Source: Actinomycetales bacterium
GTDB lineage: Bacteria > Actinomycetota > Actinomycetes > Actinomycetales > Dermatophilaceae
Reading direction: 5' to 3'
Length of the DNA: 64,000 nucleotides
NCBI GenBank assembly: GCA_038210185.1
Contig: JBBQWX010000002.1
Location: 10,705-74,704 of the forward strand
The notes below the pieces were generated by a model that was given only the letters and a program-made list of their open reading frames with translations, was not told the origin of the DNA and searched no databases. Shown one piece after another: positions 55,052-64,000 of the stretch; position 1 is the stretch's first letter, and each line of letters starts with the position of its first letter. A program made the translations under genes and the position numbers.

Positions 55052-55212
55052 GTCCGTCTTCCCGAAAAGGTTCGATCTGCGCGATCGCCAGGTGCGAGAA
55101 GGAGTTCGACATGACGAACGACGAGTGCCCGGCGGCGGTGCTCAGGTTCATCGGTCGGGCCTCGGACGGCACGATGAGCGAGTCATCGTTGTCGCAAATC
55201 CACGCGTGCCCC
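55052..55212 (-). pseudogene. Decayed duplicate of the ahcY 3' region
   Basis: Translates [46 protein letters not shown] vs Ahc[47 protein letters not shown] (about 56125-56285). Confidence 0.92.
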
Positions 55213-55262
55213 TCGTGCTCGGCAACCGGCGCCGCTCTTGAGGCAGCTCGAGCAGCGGGTGA

Positions 55263-55775
55263 TCAGACGGACTGGTTGGCGTCGGGTCGCCCGGCCGCGG
55301 TCGGCGGTGGCAGGGTCCCGAGGATCGCGTCTAGCCGCGTGCCCGCAGCACGATAGGCGTCGCCCATCCGGCCGAGGAGGACCAGTCCGAGGAGGGCGAG
55401 AACCGCCCCCAGCTGCGCGCGCTCCAGGTCCATGCCGTGGATGCCGTGCAGCCACATGACGGCGGCCACGCTCACGAGGGCCCCCACCCCCCAGACCTGA
55501 AGGATGCGCGAGGTCGCAGAGTCGTCTGGCCACAGGGCCCGCACGACGAGAGAGACGGTCAGTGCGGCCGCGACCTGCGCGGCGAGGATGGCGGCACGCG
55601 CCGAGACCGGAAACAGCGATGACGCGGTCACGACGCCCAAGCACCCCACCTGCACGAGAAGGCGCGACGACCGCGGCGTGAGGAGAGGGCCGCGCACAGC
55701 CGCCGTGACCTGGACGAGGGGCCCCGACACGAGCGAGTCGGCACCGGCGGTGCGGACGTCAGCGTCGCGCATCAT
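55263..55775 (-). CDS. Hypothetical membrane protein (~4 TM)
   Basis: AAGGAGG RBS, 170 aa, hydrophobic segments; no family recognised. Confidence 0.6.
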   Translation of the reverse strand: MMRDADVRTAGADSLVSGPLVQVTAAVRGPLLTPRSSRLLVQVGCLGVVTASSLFPVSARAAILAAQVAAALTVSLVVRALWPDDSATSRILQVWGVGALVSVAAVMWLHGIHGMDLERAQLGAVLALLGLVLLGRMGDAYRAAGTRLDAILGTLPPPTAAGRPDANQSV

Positions 55776-55815
55776 GGCAGACCCCTCCTTGACCCCAAGA
55801 ACTGCAAAACCCCCG

Positions 55816-55840
55816 CCTGAGGAAAGTATGACCCCTCAGG
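55816..55840. promoter_or_regulatory. Inverted repeat over the putative -10 of the 170-aa gene
   Basis: CCTGAGG-N11-CCTCAGG enclosing TACTTT/CATACT on the minus strand. Confidence 0.4.
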
Positions 55841-55878
55841 AGCGCGTTGGTAAGCGATTGCGGGAATGCCGACACGAC

Positions 55879-55910
55879 GAGGCGCCGCCGGACAGGTCCG
55901 GCGGCGCCTC
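55879..55910 (-). terminator. Stem-loop downstream of ahcY
   Basis: GAGGCGCCGCCGGAC-AG-GTCCGGCGGCGCCTC, 15-bp perfect stem. Confidence 0.85.
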
Positions 55911-55942
55911 CCACGCGGTCCTGCAAAGGACGCGCAGTGGGG

Positions 55943-57394
<1,452 letters not shown>

Positions 57395-57500
57395 GCGGAA
57401 GCTCCTTGGGAGTTCTGACGGTCGTGGTTGACCCGGCGTCGCCCTTCAGGGCCGCACGTTCGTGGAGGGTTATCACCCGCGCCGGCAGGGAAGCAGTCTA
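57395..57500 (-). promoter_or_regulatory. ahcY promoter (TAGACT -10) and structured 5' leader
   Basis: -10 at 57495-57500; CCGGCG/CGCCGG outer stem (57433-57485) enclosing three small hairpins. Confidence 0.45.
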
Positions 57501-57509
57501 TCGCAGCGC

Positions 57510-58357
57510 TCACGCAGCGGGTCGCTCCACCGCGGCAGCCGCGGCACCGTCGGCTCTCTGCCCTTGGTCGCCGTCACGGTCGGCCAGGATGCGGGGCAGG
57601 GCGAGCAGCACCATGAAGGAGCCGAACGCGATCACCGGCGTCCCCACCGCCATCGCGGCAGGCACCGTCCACCGTCGCCCGGTCAGTGCACCCCACACGA
57701 GCAGCGCCAGCGCGACCGGCAGGCGCACGAGCAGCGGGGGGAACAACGCACCTCCGGTGCGCCCGGTCGTCATCGATGCGTTCGTGAGGAGGAAGTGCAC
57801 CCAGTCGTACCAGTCCCCGGGCTCGATGGCGTAGCTCACGGCGGCGATCACGGCGGTGACGCCGAGTGCCACCGCCAGGGCCCGCCACTCACGACGCACG
57901 AGGAACCAGACGGGCCCTACGAAGGGCGTGACCTTCGTGAGTGCGGCGAACGCCCAGGCTCCCGGGTGTCGGAAGCCGACGACGGCCACGACGGCCAGGA
58001 GCAGGTACACGTTTCCCGCGGCCACCTCGTTGAGCCCGATCAGGCCCAGGGGCAACCACCAGGTCGGCGAGAGCGGCCGCAACAGCCAGACGAGCGCGAC
58101 CAACAGCCCCAGGGCGAACAGCGCGGCGAAGCCGGCCAGGGCAGCAGGGCGAACGGACGCAGCACCTGGGCGAAGGCGGGGCTGTACAGGTAGGCATCCG
58201 GCACCCCCGGCACGGCGCCGTACATCGACCCCTGCCACGCCATCCAGTAGGCGTGCGAGTCGTACCCGATCCGCTGCACGATGATGACGGCGACGGCCTC
58301 GATGGTGAGGACGGCGGCGAGGAGCCAGGCCGCGGTCAGGCTCAGGAAGCGACGCAC
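57510..58357 (-). pseudogene. GT87/DUF2029 glycosyltransferase with a single frameshift
   Basis: N-part D.HAYW...AYLYSPAFAQ in one frame, C-part GNV..L...LTKVTP in another; the switch is at LLPWP/GFAA near 58135. Confidence 0.8.
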
Positions 58358-58813
58358 CCCCCTGAGGGTAGGCACCCCGGCGATCGCGGGTGCCTGATCG
58401 CGGGAGTTCGCGGCGTGTCCCGCCGCACCGCCAGCGCCTGCTTCTGCCGGTGCGGGTGGGGGTCACGCGGCGCAATCGACGATCTGGCGAGCCGGCACCT
58501 GACCCCCGTCCGCGGACGAATCCGCAGGTCAGGAACCTATCGGAAGGCCGTCGCATGTGGTCTGATAGAGGGAATTGCCGTGCTGCCAGCACAAGGCGGG
58601 CGCGGTGAGGCGCGCTGAAGAAGCCGGCGCACCCACGACGAGGTCGCGACCCCCTACCCGGGGAAGGGGCATGTCGTCGGTCGCGCTCGCGATGCGCCGG
58701 AGGGGACGTACGCGCGGTGGGTGACCTCAGGATCCGTGAACAGACCGGGTCTGCCCGGAACGCCGGGCCGTCTCACCCGAAGGGGATGCGCGGCTCGGCT
58801 CCGGGCCCGGAGC

Positions 58814-59658
58814 TCAGTGCCCGCTCGGTTCCCGAGGCTGCGGCCGCTCGGCGGGCTCGTGGGCCGAGCCGCGGTCGATGTCGGGCTCGAGCACGGCGTC
58901 ACCACCCCGTATGGGATGCCCTCGGGAGCCGCCAGCGCGTTGAGGATGGCCTTGTGATGGGCGGTGGTGGCGCTCTCGCCCACGAGCAGTGAGTTCATCT
59001 CGACGGCAAGGAACGCGGCGATGAGTACCAGCAGCCCGCCGATGCTGCCCGAGCCCAGCACGTCGAAGATCGGGTTGCCGGTGATCAACATCAGGCCGAC
59101 GCCGAGTAGGGCAACCGTGAGGCCGATCAGGGCGCCGAAGTCCTCGAGCAGGATCACGGGCAGCTCGGGCGCCTTGGAGCTGCGCACGATCGCAGCCAGG
59201 AGCGCTTCCCGCGCAGTGTGTTCGACTCTCGCGCACGGCGGTGCGGAAGCTGAAGCCCTCCATCGCGATCGCCACGAAGAGCACGACCACCGGCACCCAC
59301 CATCACTGCGACTCGAACGGGTCATGGTCGGCGTCGCCACGGGTCTCCTGGAACGGTGCCACCCCTCGTACAGCGCGAAGCAGCCACCGACCGTGAACAG
59401 CACGATCGACACGAGAAGGAGTAGACGTAGCGCTCCCGGTCGAAGCCGAACGGGTGCTTCGCGGTCGCCTCCTGCCGCGAGCGTTTGCCCCCGATCAGCA
59501 ACAGGATCTGGTTGCCGGGGTCGGCCACCGAGTGGATCGCCTCGGCGAGCATCGAGGAGAACCCGGTGAGGAAGAAACGCGATGAACTTGGCGACCGCGA
59601 TCCCGAGGTTCGCGAGGAGTGCGGCGATGACGGCCTTGGTCCCTCCTTCGCTCGACAT
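58814..59658 (-). pseudogene. Cation diffusion facilitator with multiple frameshifts and an internal deletion
   Basis: KAVIAALLANLGIAVAKF, LAEAIHSVAD.GNQ, HPFG..RERY, ILLED.GAL.G, SLLVGE and terminal LEPDI lie in different frames; most of the C-terminal domain is missing. Confidence 0.85.
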
Positions 59659-59730
59659 GCCCGCGATCCTGGGGCGCTCGCCGCGGACCACCGACCGGTC
59701 GCCCCTGCCCCGCTGGTCTAACGTCGGCGT

Positions 59731-60267
59731 ATGTCGTCTGCTCGCGGAACCCTGGCGTGGTCATCTCCCGCGTCCCACCCCGACCTGCTCGCCGTGCCGG
59801 TCGCCGCCGCGGTGGCCGCCGTTCCCGGGGCGCTGGTGGCGCCCATCGACCCGACGCACGCCGACACGGCTGCGTTCTGCGCGGCCTACGACGTGGCCCT
59901 GGAGGCGAGCGCGAACTGCGTGGTCGTCGCGGGCCGACGGGGCGACCTGACGACCTACGCGGCCGTCATGGTGCTGGCCACGCACCGGGCCGACGTCAAC
60001 GGGGTGGTGCGCCGCCACCTGGGGGCCCGGAAGATCTCGTTCGCCCCGATGGATGACGCCGTGGGCCTGACCGGGATGGAGTTCGGCGGCATCACGCCGG
60101 TGGGGTTGCCGCCCGGGTGGCCGGTGCTCGTCGACGAGGCCGTGGTGGCCGCCGGTGAGGTGGTGGTCGGCAGCGGGCTGCGCCGCAGCAAGCTGCTGAT
60201 CGACGGCGCGGACCTGCTCACGCTGCCGGGGGCCGAGCGACTCACCCTGGCCCAACCCGTCGGCTGA
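59731..60267 (+). CDS. YbaK/EbsC aminoacyl-tRNA editing protein
   Basis: ID...ADTA.F, SANCVVV, GMEFGGITPVG, GSG.R.SK; TAACGT -10 six nt before ATG. Confidence 0.92.
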   Translation: MSSARGTLAWSSPASHPDLLAVPVAAAVAAVPGALVAPIDPTHADTAAFCAAYDVALEASANCVVVAGRRGDLTTYAAVMVLATHRADVNGVVRRHLGARKISFAPMDDAVGLTGMEFGGITPVGLPPGWPVLVDEAVVAAGEVVVGSGLRRSKLLIDGADLLTLPGAERLTLAQPVG

Positions 60268-60318
60268 CCGACCGACGTTCGCGCTGACCCGCCGGCGGCC
60301 GTGTCGGTGCCGGTCGCG

Positions 60319-61473
60319 TCAGCCGGTGCGGTCGCGCAGCTCGACCACGTGGCGCGACACGGCCGGGTCGAGCCCCAGTCCGAGCGCGAGGTAGGTCGCG
60401 GCGAAGTCGGTGAGGGCCACGAGCGACGCCAGGCGCTCGATCGGCTCGCCGGCGCGCGCCTCCTGCTCGATCACCGTCGCACCGGCCTGGCGCGCCGAGG
60501 CGACCACGGCATCGGCGAGGTCGCGCCCGCGACGGTCGAGCGCGGGGTCGCGCAGGGCGAGCAGGCCCAGCCTGGGCGCCGCCGGACCGTCGAGGTAGGG
60601 GTCGGCGAAGAGGTCGCCACCGCCCGCGGGGCGCTGCAGCCCGGCACCGGAGCCGTAGGGACCGTCGAGGCACGCCACGACCTGGGATGCCGCGTCGGGC
60701 AGCTCGCCGTGCGTGGCCGGGACCCGCGCCGTGCGGGCCAGCATCGAGGCCGCTCGGGAGGCGGCCACTCCCGTGAGGGCTCCGTCACCGAGCACGACCG
60801 GCACGCTCTCGCCCAACCCGACGGCGATCACCTTGGCGGGGTTGACGAAAGACTCCGAGCTCGGCCGGCACTCCTCGGCGACCTGGTCGAGGACATCGGC
60901 GACCCGCTCGAGCACGGGGCGGGTGCACGGCGCGAGACCGAGGAGGTCGGCGGCGACGAGCACCGGCGTGAGGATCGACCACAGCGCGGTGCGCGAGGAG
61001 GGCGTGGCGATCGCGACCTCGACGTGCACGCCGCGGGCACGGGCACTGACCTCAGCCAGCGGGGACCCGGCTGCCCCCACGGTGAGCAGCGAGGCGCCGC
61101 GCCGGGCGGCCTCCGCGGCCAGGGCCAGCGGGCCGGCAGCGCGACCGGACTGGGACACGGCGATGACGAGGTCGAGCGGGCCGACCCAGCCGGGAAGTGG
61201 GGCGCCGCGCCGGGTCATCACCGGCACGGGCGACCCGGGCTCGGCGAGCAGGTCGAGGACGTCGCAGACCAGGGCGGACCCGCCGAGCGCCGCGACGAGC
61301 ACCGACCGCGGACGCTCACCGCCGCTGACCCGGGCGATGCCCGCCTCGTCGGCGGAGACGAGGGCCCGGCGCACCTGGGCACCGGCGGACGCCAGCGAGC
61401 GGAGCGACTCGCGGCTGTCGAGGGCGAGCAGGGCGTCCGGGTCGTCCAGCAGCTTCTCGTCGACCCACGGCAT
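60319..61473 (-). CDS. SIS-domain bifunctional phosphoglucose/phosphomannose isomerase-like protein
   Basis: LGGSA, LPGWVGPLDLV.AVS.SG, SFVNPAK, DFAA.YLA..GLDP. Confidence 0.85.
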   Translation of the reverse strand: MPWVDEKLLDDPDALLALDSRESLRSLASAGAQVRRALVSADEAGIARVSGGERPRSVLVAALGGSALVCDVLDLLAEPGSPVPVMTRRGAPLPGWVGPLDLVIAVSQSGRAAGPLALAAEAARRGASLLTVGAAGSPLAEVSARARGVHVEVAIATPSSRTALWSILTPVLVAADLLGLAPCTRPVLERVADVLDQVAEECRPSSESFVNPAKVIAVGLGESVPVVLGDGALTGVAASRAASMLARTARVPATHGELPDAASQVVACLDGPYGSGAGLQRPAGGGDLFADPYLDGPAAPRLGLLALRDPALDRRGRDLADAVVASARQAGATVIEQEARAGEPIERLASLVALTDFAATYLALGLGLDPAVSRHVVELRDRTG

Positions 61474-61497
61474 CGAGGGTGTCCTCTCGTCGGCCGG

Positions 61498-61704
61498 TCA
61501 GGCCGGCCGGCGGGCCTCGTCGACGAGCAGGACCGGCACGCCGTCGTCGATGCGGTAGGCGAGCCCGCAGGAGGCCGAGGTGCAGACCAGCTCGGGACCC
61601 GTCTCGCCGGTCTCGTCACGAAGCTCGCTGCGGCAGGCCGGGCAGCGCAGGATCTCGCGCAGCCACGGCTCGATCGGCGACGCGGGGGTGGCCTGCTCGG
61701 TCAT
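61498..61704 (-). CDS. Trm112-family small protein
   Basis: L.EILRCPAC..EL...CGLAYRIDDGVPVLLVDEAR. Confidence 0.9.
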   Translation of the reverse strand: MTEQATPASPIEPWLREILRCPACRSELRDETGETGPELVCTSASCGLAYRIDDGVPVLLVDEARRPA

Positions 61705-61763
61705 GGGGGTCCTTCCGACAGGGGTTCTCGAGGTCGGTGCCGATCCTCCCACACGGCCCTCGT

Positions 61764-63212
61764 TCAGCCGTCGCCGCGCACGATGGCGAGCACCTCGTCA
61801 CGCACCCGGGCCATCGTGGCCGCGTCGGCCGCCTCGACGTTGAGCCGCAGCAGTGGCTCGGTGTTCGAGGCGCGCAGGTTGAGCCACCACATCGGGTCGC
61901 CGTCACCGTCGCCGGCATGGGTCAGCGTGAGCCCGTCGAGCTCGTCGGTGTCGACACCCTGCGGCTGCGCCCAGGTCCGCACCTGCTCGGTCGCGGCCGC
62001 CGCGTCGGTGACGGTCGAGTTGAGCTCGCCCGACGCGGCATACCGGGCGAGGTCGGCCATGACGGTGCTCAGCGGGGCGGCCTGCTCGCCGAGGGCGGCC
62101 AGGGTGTGCATCGCGGCGAGCATGCCGGTGTCGGCGAACCAGAAGTCGCGGAAGTAGTAGTGGGCGCTGTGCTCGCCACCGAACACCGCGTCGTGGCGGG
62201 CCATCTCGCCCTTGATGAAGGAGTGGCCCACCCGGGTGCGCACCGCACGGGCGCCGGTGGCGGCGATGACCTCGGGGACCTGCGCGGAGCAGATGACGTT
62301 GTAGACCACGGTGACGTCTGCGGCATCCGCCCCCTCGGCGACCGCCCTGGCGACCTCGCGGCGGGCGATCAGCGCGGTGATCGCACTGGGGCTCACCGGT
62401 TCGCCGCGCTCGTCGATGACGAAGCAGCGGTCGGCGTCGCCGTCGAAGGCCAGGCCGAGGTCGGCCTGGTGCTCGCGGACGGCGGCCTGGAGGTCGACGA
62501 GGTTCCTCGGGTCGAGGGGGTTGGCCTCGTGGTTGGGGAAGGTGCCGTCGAGCTCGAAGTACAGCGGGATGACGGTGAGCGGCAGGGCGGGGAGGCCGGC
62601 GCCGGTGCCCAGCACGGCCGGCACGGTGTGCCCTCCCATGCCGTTGCCGGCATCGACGACGACGGTGAGCGGGCGGATGCCGCTCAGGTCGACCAGGCCG
62701 CGCAGGAAGGTGGCGTAGTCGGCGAGGACGTCGCGCTCCTCGACGGCACCGACGGGGTTCTCGGGAGGGTCGGGGTCGGCGACGTCGCCGGACAGGAGGC
62801 GTTCGGCGGTGACGCGCACGTCGGCGAGGCCGGTGTCCTGGCCGACCGGGCGGGCCCCGGCGTGGCACAGCTTGATGCCGTTGTAGGCGGCGGGGTTGTG
62901 GCTGGCCGTGAACATCGCCCCGGGCAGGTCGAGGGCCCCACTGGCGTAGTACAGGCCGTCGGTGCTCGCCAGGCCGATCAGGGTGACGTCGACGCCGCGG
63001 CTGCGGGCGCCGTCGGCGAAGGCGGTGCTGAGCTCGGGGCTGGAGGCGCGCATGTCGTGGGCGACGACGCAGCCGGTGGCCCCGTCGGCGCGGACGACGA
63101 CCTCGGCGAAGGCGGCACCGAGCGCACGCGTCACCCGGGCGTCGAGCTGGTCGGGCACGGTGCCACGCACGTCATAGGCCTTGACGACATCGGACAGGGA
63201 GAACGAGGTCAC
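61764..63212 (-). CDS. manB: Phosphomannomutase/phosphoglucomutase
   Basis: KAYDVRG, TASHNP, DGDADR, GGEHSAH, RASNTEP.LR. Confidence 0.96.
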   Translation of the reverse strand: MTSFSLSDVVKAYDVRGTVPDQLDARVTRALGAAFAEVVVRADGATGCVVAHDMRASSPELSTAFADGARSRGVDVTLIGLASTDGLYYASGALDLPGAMFTASHNPAAYNGIKLCHAGARPVGQDTGLADVRVTAERLLSGDVADPDPPENPVGAVEERDVLADYATFLRGLVDLSGIRPLTVVVDAGNGMGGHTVPAVLGTGAGLPALPLTVIPLYFELDGTFPNHEANPLDPRNLVDLQAAVREHQADLGLAFDGDADRCFVIDERGEPVSPSAITALIARREVARAVAEGADAADVTVVYNVICSAQVPEVIAATGARAVRTRVGHSFIKGEMARHDAVFGGEHSAHYYFRDFWFADTGMLAAMHTLAALGEQAAPLSTVMADLARYAASGELNSTVTDAAAATEQVRTWAQPQGVDTDELDGLTLTHAGDGDGDPMWWLNLRASNTEPLLRLNVEAADAATMARVRDEVLAIVRGDG

Positions 63213-63267
63213 GGGTGGCGAGCCTACGTGAGCGCGAGAATCGCCCCGCTCACCGGGATACTCCTCC

Positions 63268-63999
63268 TCATTCCACGAGGCGGATGGGGTCGCCCTCGAC
63301 CGAGGCCTGCCACGACGTGGTGTCGGACGGGTTCGACCCGCTGCCGTAGTAGAACTCCAAGCGCACCCAGCAGCCCGTGGGCGAGGAGTCGGTGCAGCTG
63401 TAGCTCACGGGGATCGGGACGCTGATCGTCTGCCACTTGCCGTTGTAGGACCCGCTGACCGAGATCTTGCAGTCCGTCAGGTTGCCGGTCTTAACGCCAT
63501 TGCCCTTGCACCCCGCAAAGCTGCCGCCGATCTCCGACGGTGGCAGGACCGTGATGGTACTGCCGCTCGTGGCACCGTCACCGATGTCGAAGAGGCTGAC
63601 GTTGAAGATCTGCCCGTTCGAGGACGACGGGATGCGGGCCAGGAAGAACTTCGTCCTGGCGCCGCCGGGGGTGTTGGCGTAGAGGACCATCTTGCCGAAC
63701 CCCGCGATGGAGATGTTGTCCTTGTCGCCCGTGGCGGAGCCCGAAGCGCGCAGGCCGTACCGGTTGTGGCCGCCCTGGCTGTCGGCGAGCAGTCCGTTGG
63801 TCTTCACCTGGATGGCGTACGTGCCCGGAAGGGTCGTGCCGGGGAAGTCGCACAGGGTGACCCACCGGCGGAAGTTCGCCGCGACGTCCGGGCGGGCGGT
63901 GTACTGCGACGTGGTCGTGTCAAGGACCTTGGACAGGTCGCCGCTGAAGGGCTCATACAACTTGGTGCAGGTGTTGACGATGGGCCAGGTCGTCGGGTC
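63268..63999 (-). CDS. C-terminus of TadG-like pilus-associated protein (runs off right edge)
   Basis: Frame open to the edge; GGHNRYGLRA, FFLARIP, FDIGD, NGKWQT..VPIP..Y.C...GCW, W...EGDP.RLVE resemble actinobacterial TadG-related C-termini (recalled, not searched). Confidence 0.65.
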   Translation of the reverse strand, partial: DPTTWPIVNTCTKLYEPFSGDLSKVLDTTTSQYTARPDVAANFRRWVTLCDFPGTTLPGTYAIQVKTNGLLADSQGGHNRYGLRASGSATGDKDNISIAGFGKMVLYANTPGGARTKFFLARIPSSSNGQIFNVSLFDIGDGATSGSTITVLPPSEIGGSFAGCKGNGVKTGNLTDCKISVSGSYNGKWQTISVPIPVSYSCTDSSPTGCWVRLEFYYGSGSNPSDTTSWQASVEGDPIRLVE

Positions 64000-64000
64000 C

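Noticed and set aside
57500-57515. Canonical SAH riboswitch (GAGCGCTGCGA match)
   Set aside because: The match lies upstream of the putative -10, and the downstream CAGGCTC/ACGGCGCTC partner elements are absent.
58100-59658. Programmed frameshifting in GT87 or the CDF
   Set aside because: No clear slippery heptamer, and multiple lesions plus a deletion fit decay or sequencing error.

Overview
High-GC actinobacterial chromosome segment. Gene content and style suggest Micrococcales, probably Intrasporangiaceae; this taxonomy is inference. The backbone is the conserved manB - Trm112 - SIS(PGI/PMI) - CDF - ahcY - mtrA-mtrB-lpqB - comF - hpf - orphan RR - ycaQ-like - GNAT - secA - Rv3235/LysM - WS/DGAT - pruA - gdh region. 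Between ahcY and mtrA sits a ~26 kb accessory block (about 29.5-55.9 kb). It holds a Tad/Flp pilus operon with two small Flp pilins missed by the ORF track and a vWA-TadB fusion, a two-component pair whose kinase has a degenerate ATP-binding domain, and a dense array of GT-C-fold membrane glycosyltransferases, GT2s, a DUF2304 protein, a flippase and a methyltransferase. A decayed copy of the ahcY 3' end lies near the block's edge. A TadG-like gene enters at the right edge of the window. Three promoters (comF, the SAF/CpaE-like operon, and the LysM-Rv3235 operon) share the motif GTCCACAGC, with its GTCCACAG core exactly 38 nt upstream of their -10 elements. Several genes are collapsed or frameshifted (M17, M20, PIG-V-like, CDF, GT87). 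No rRNA, tRNA, CRISPR array, integrase or transposase was seen.
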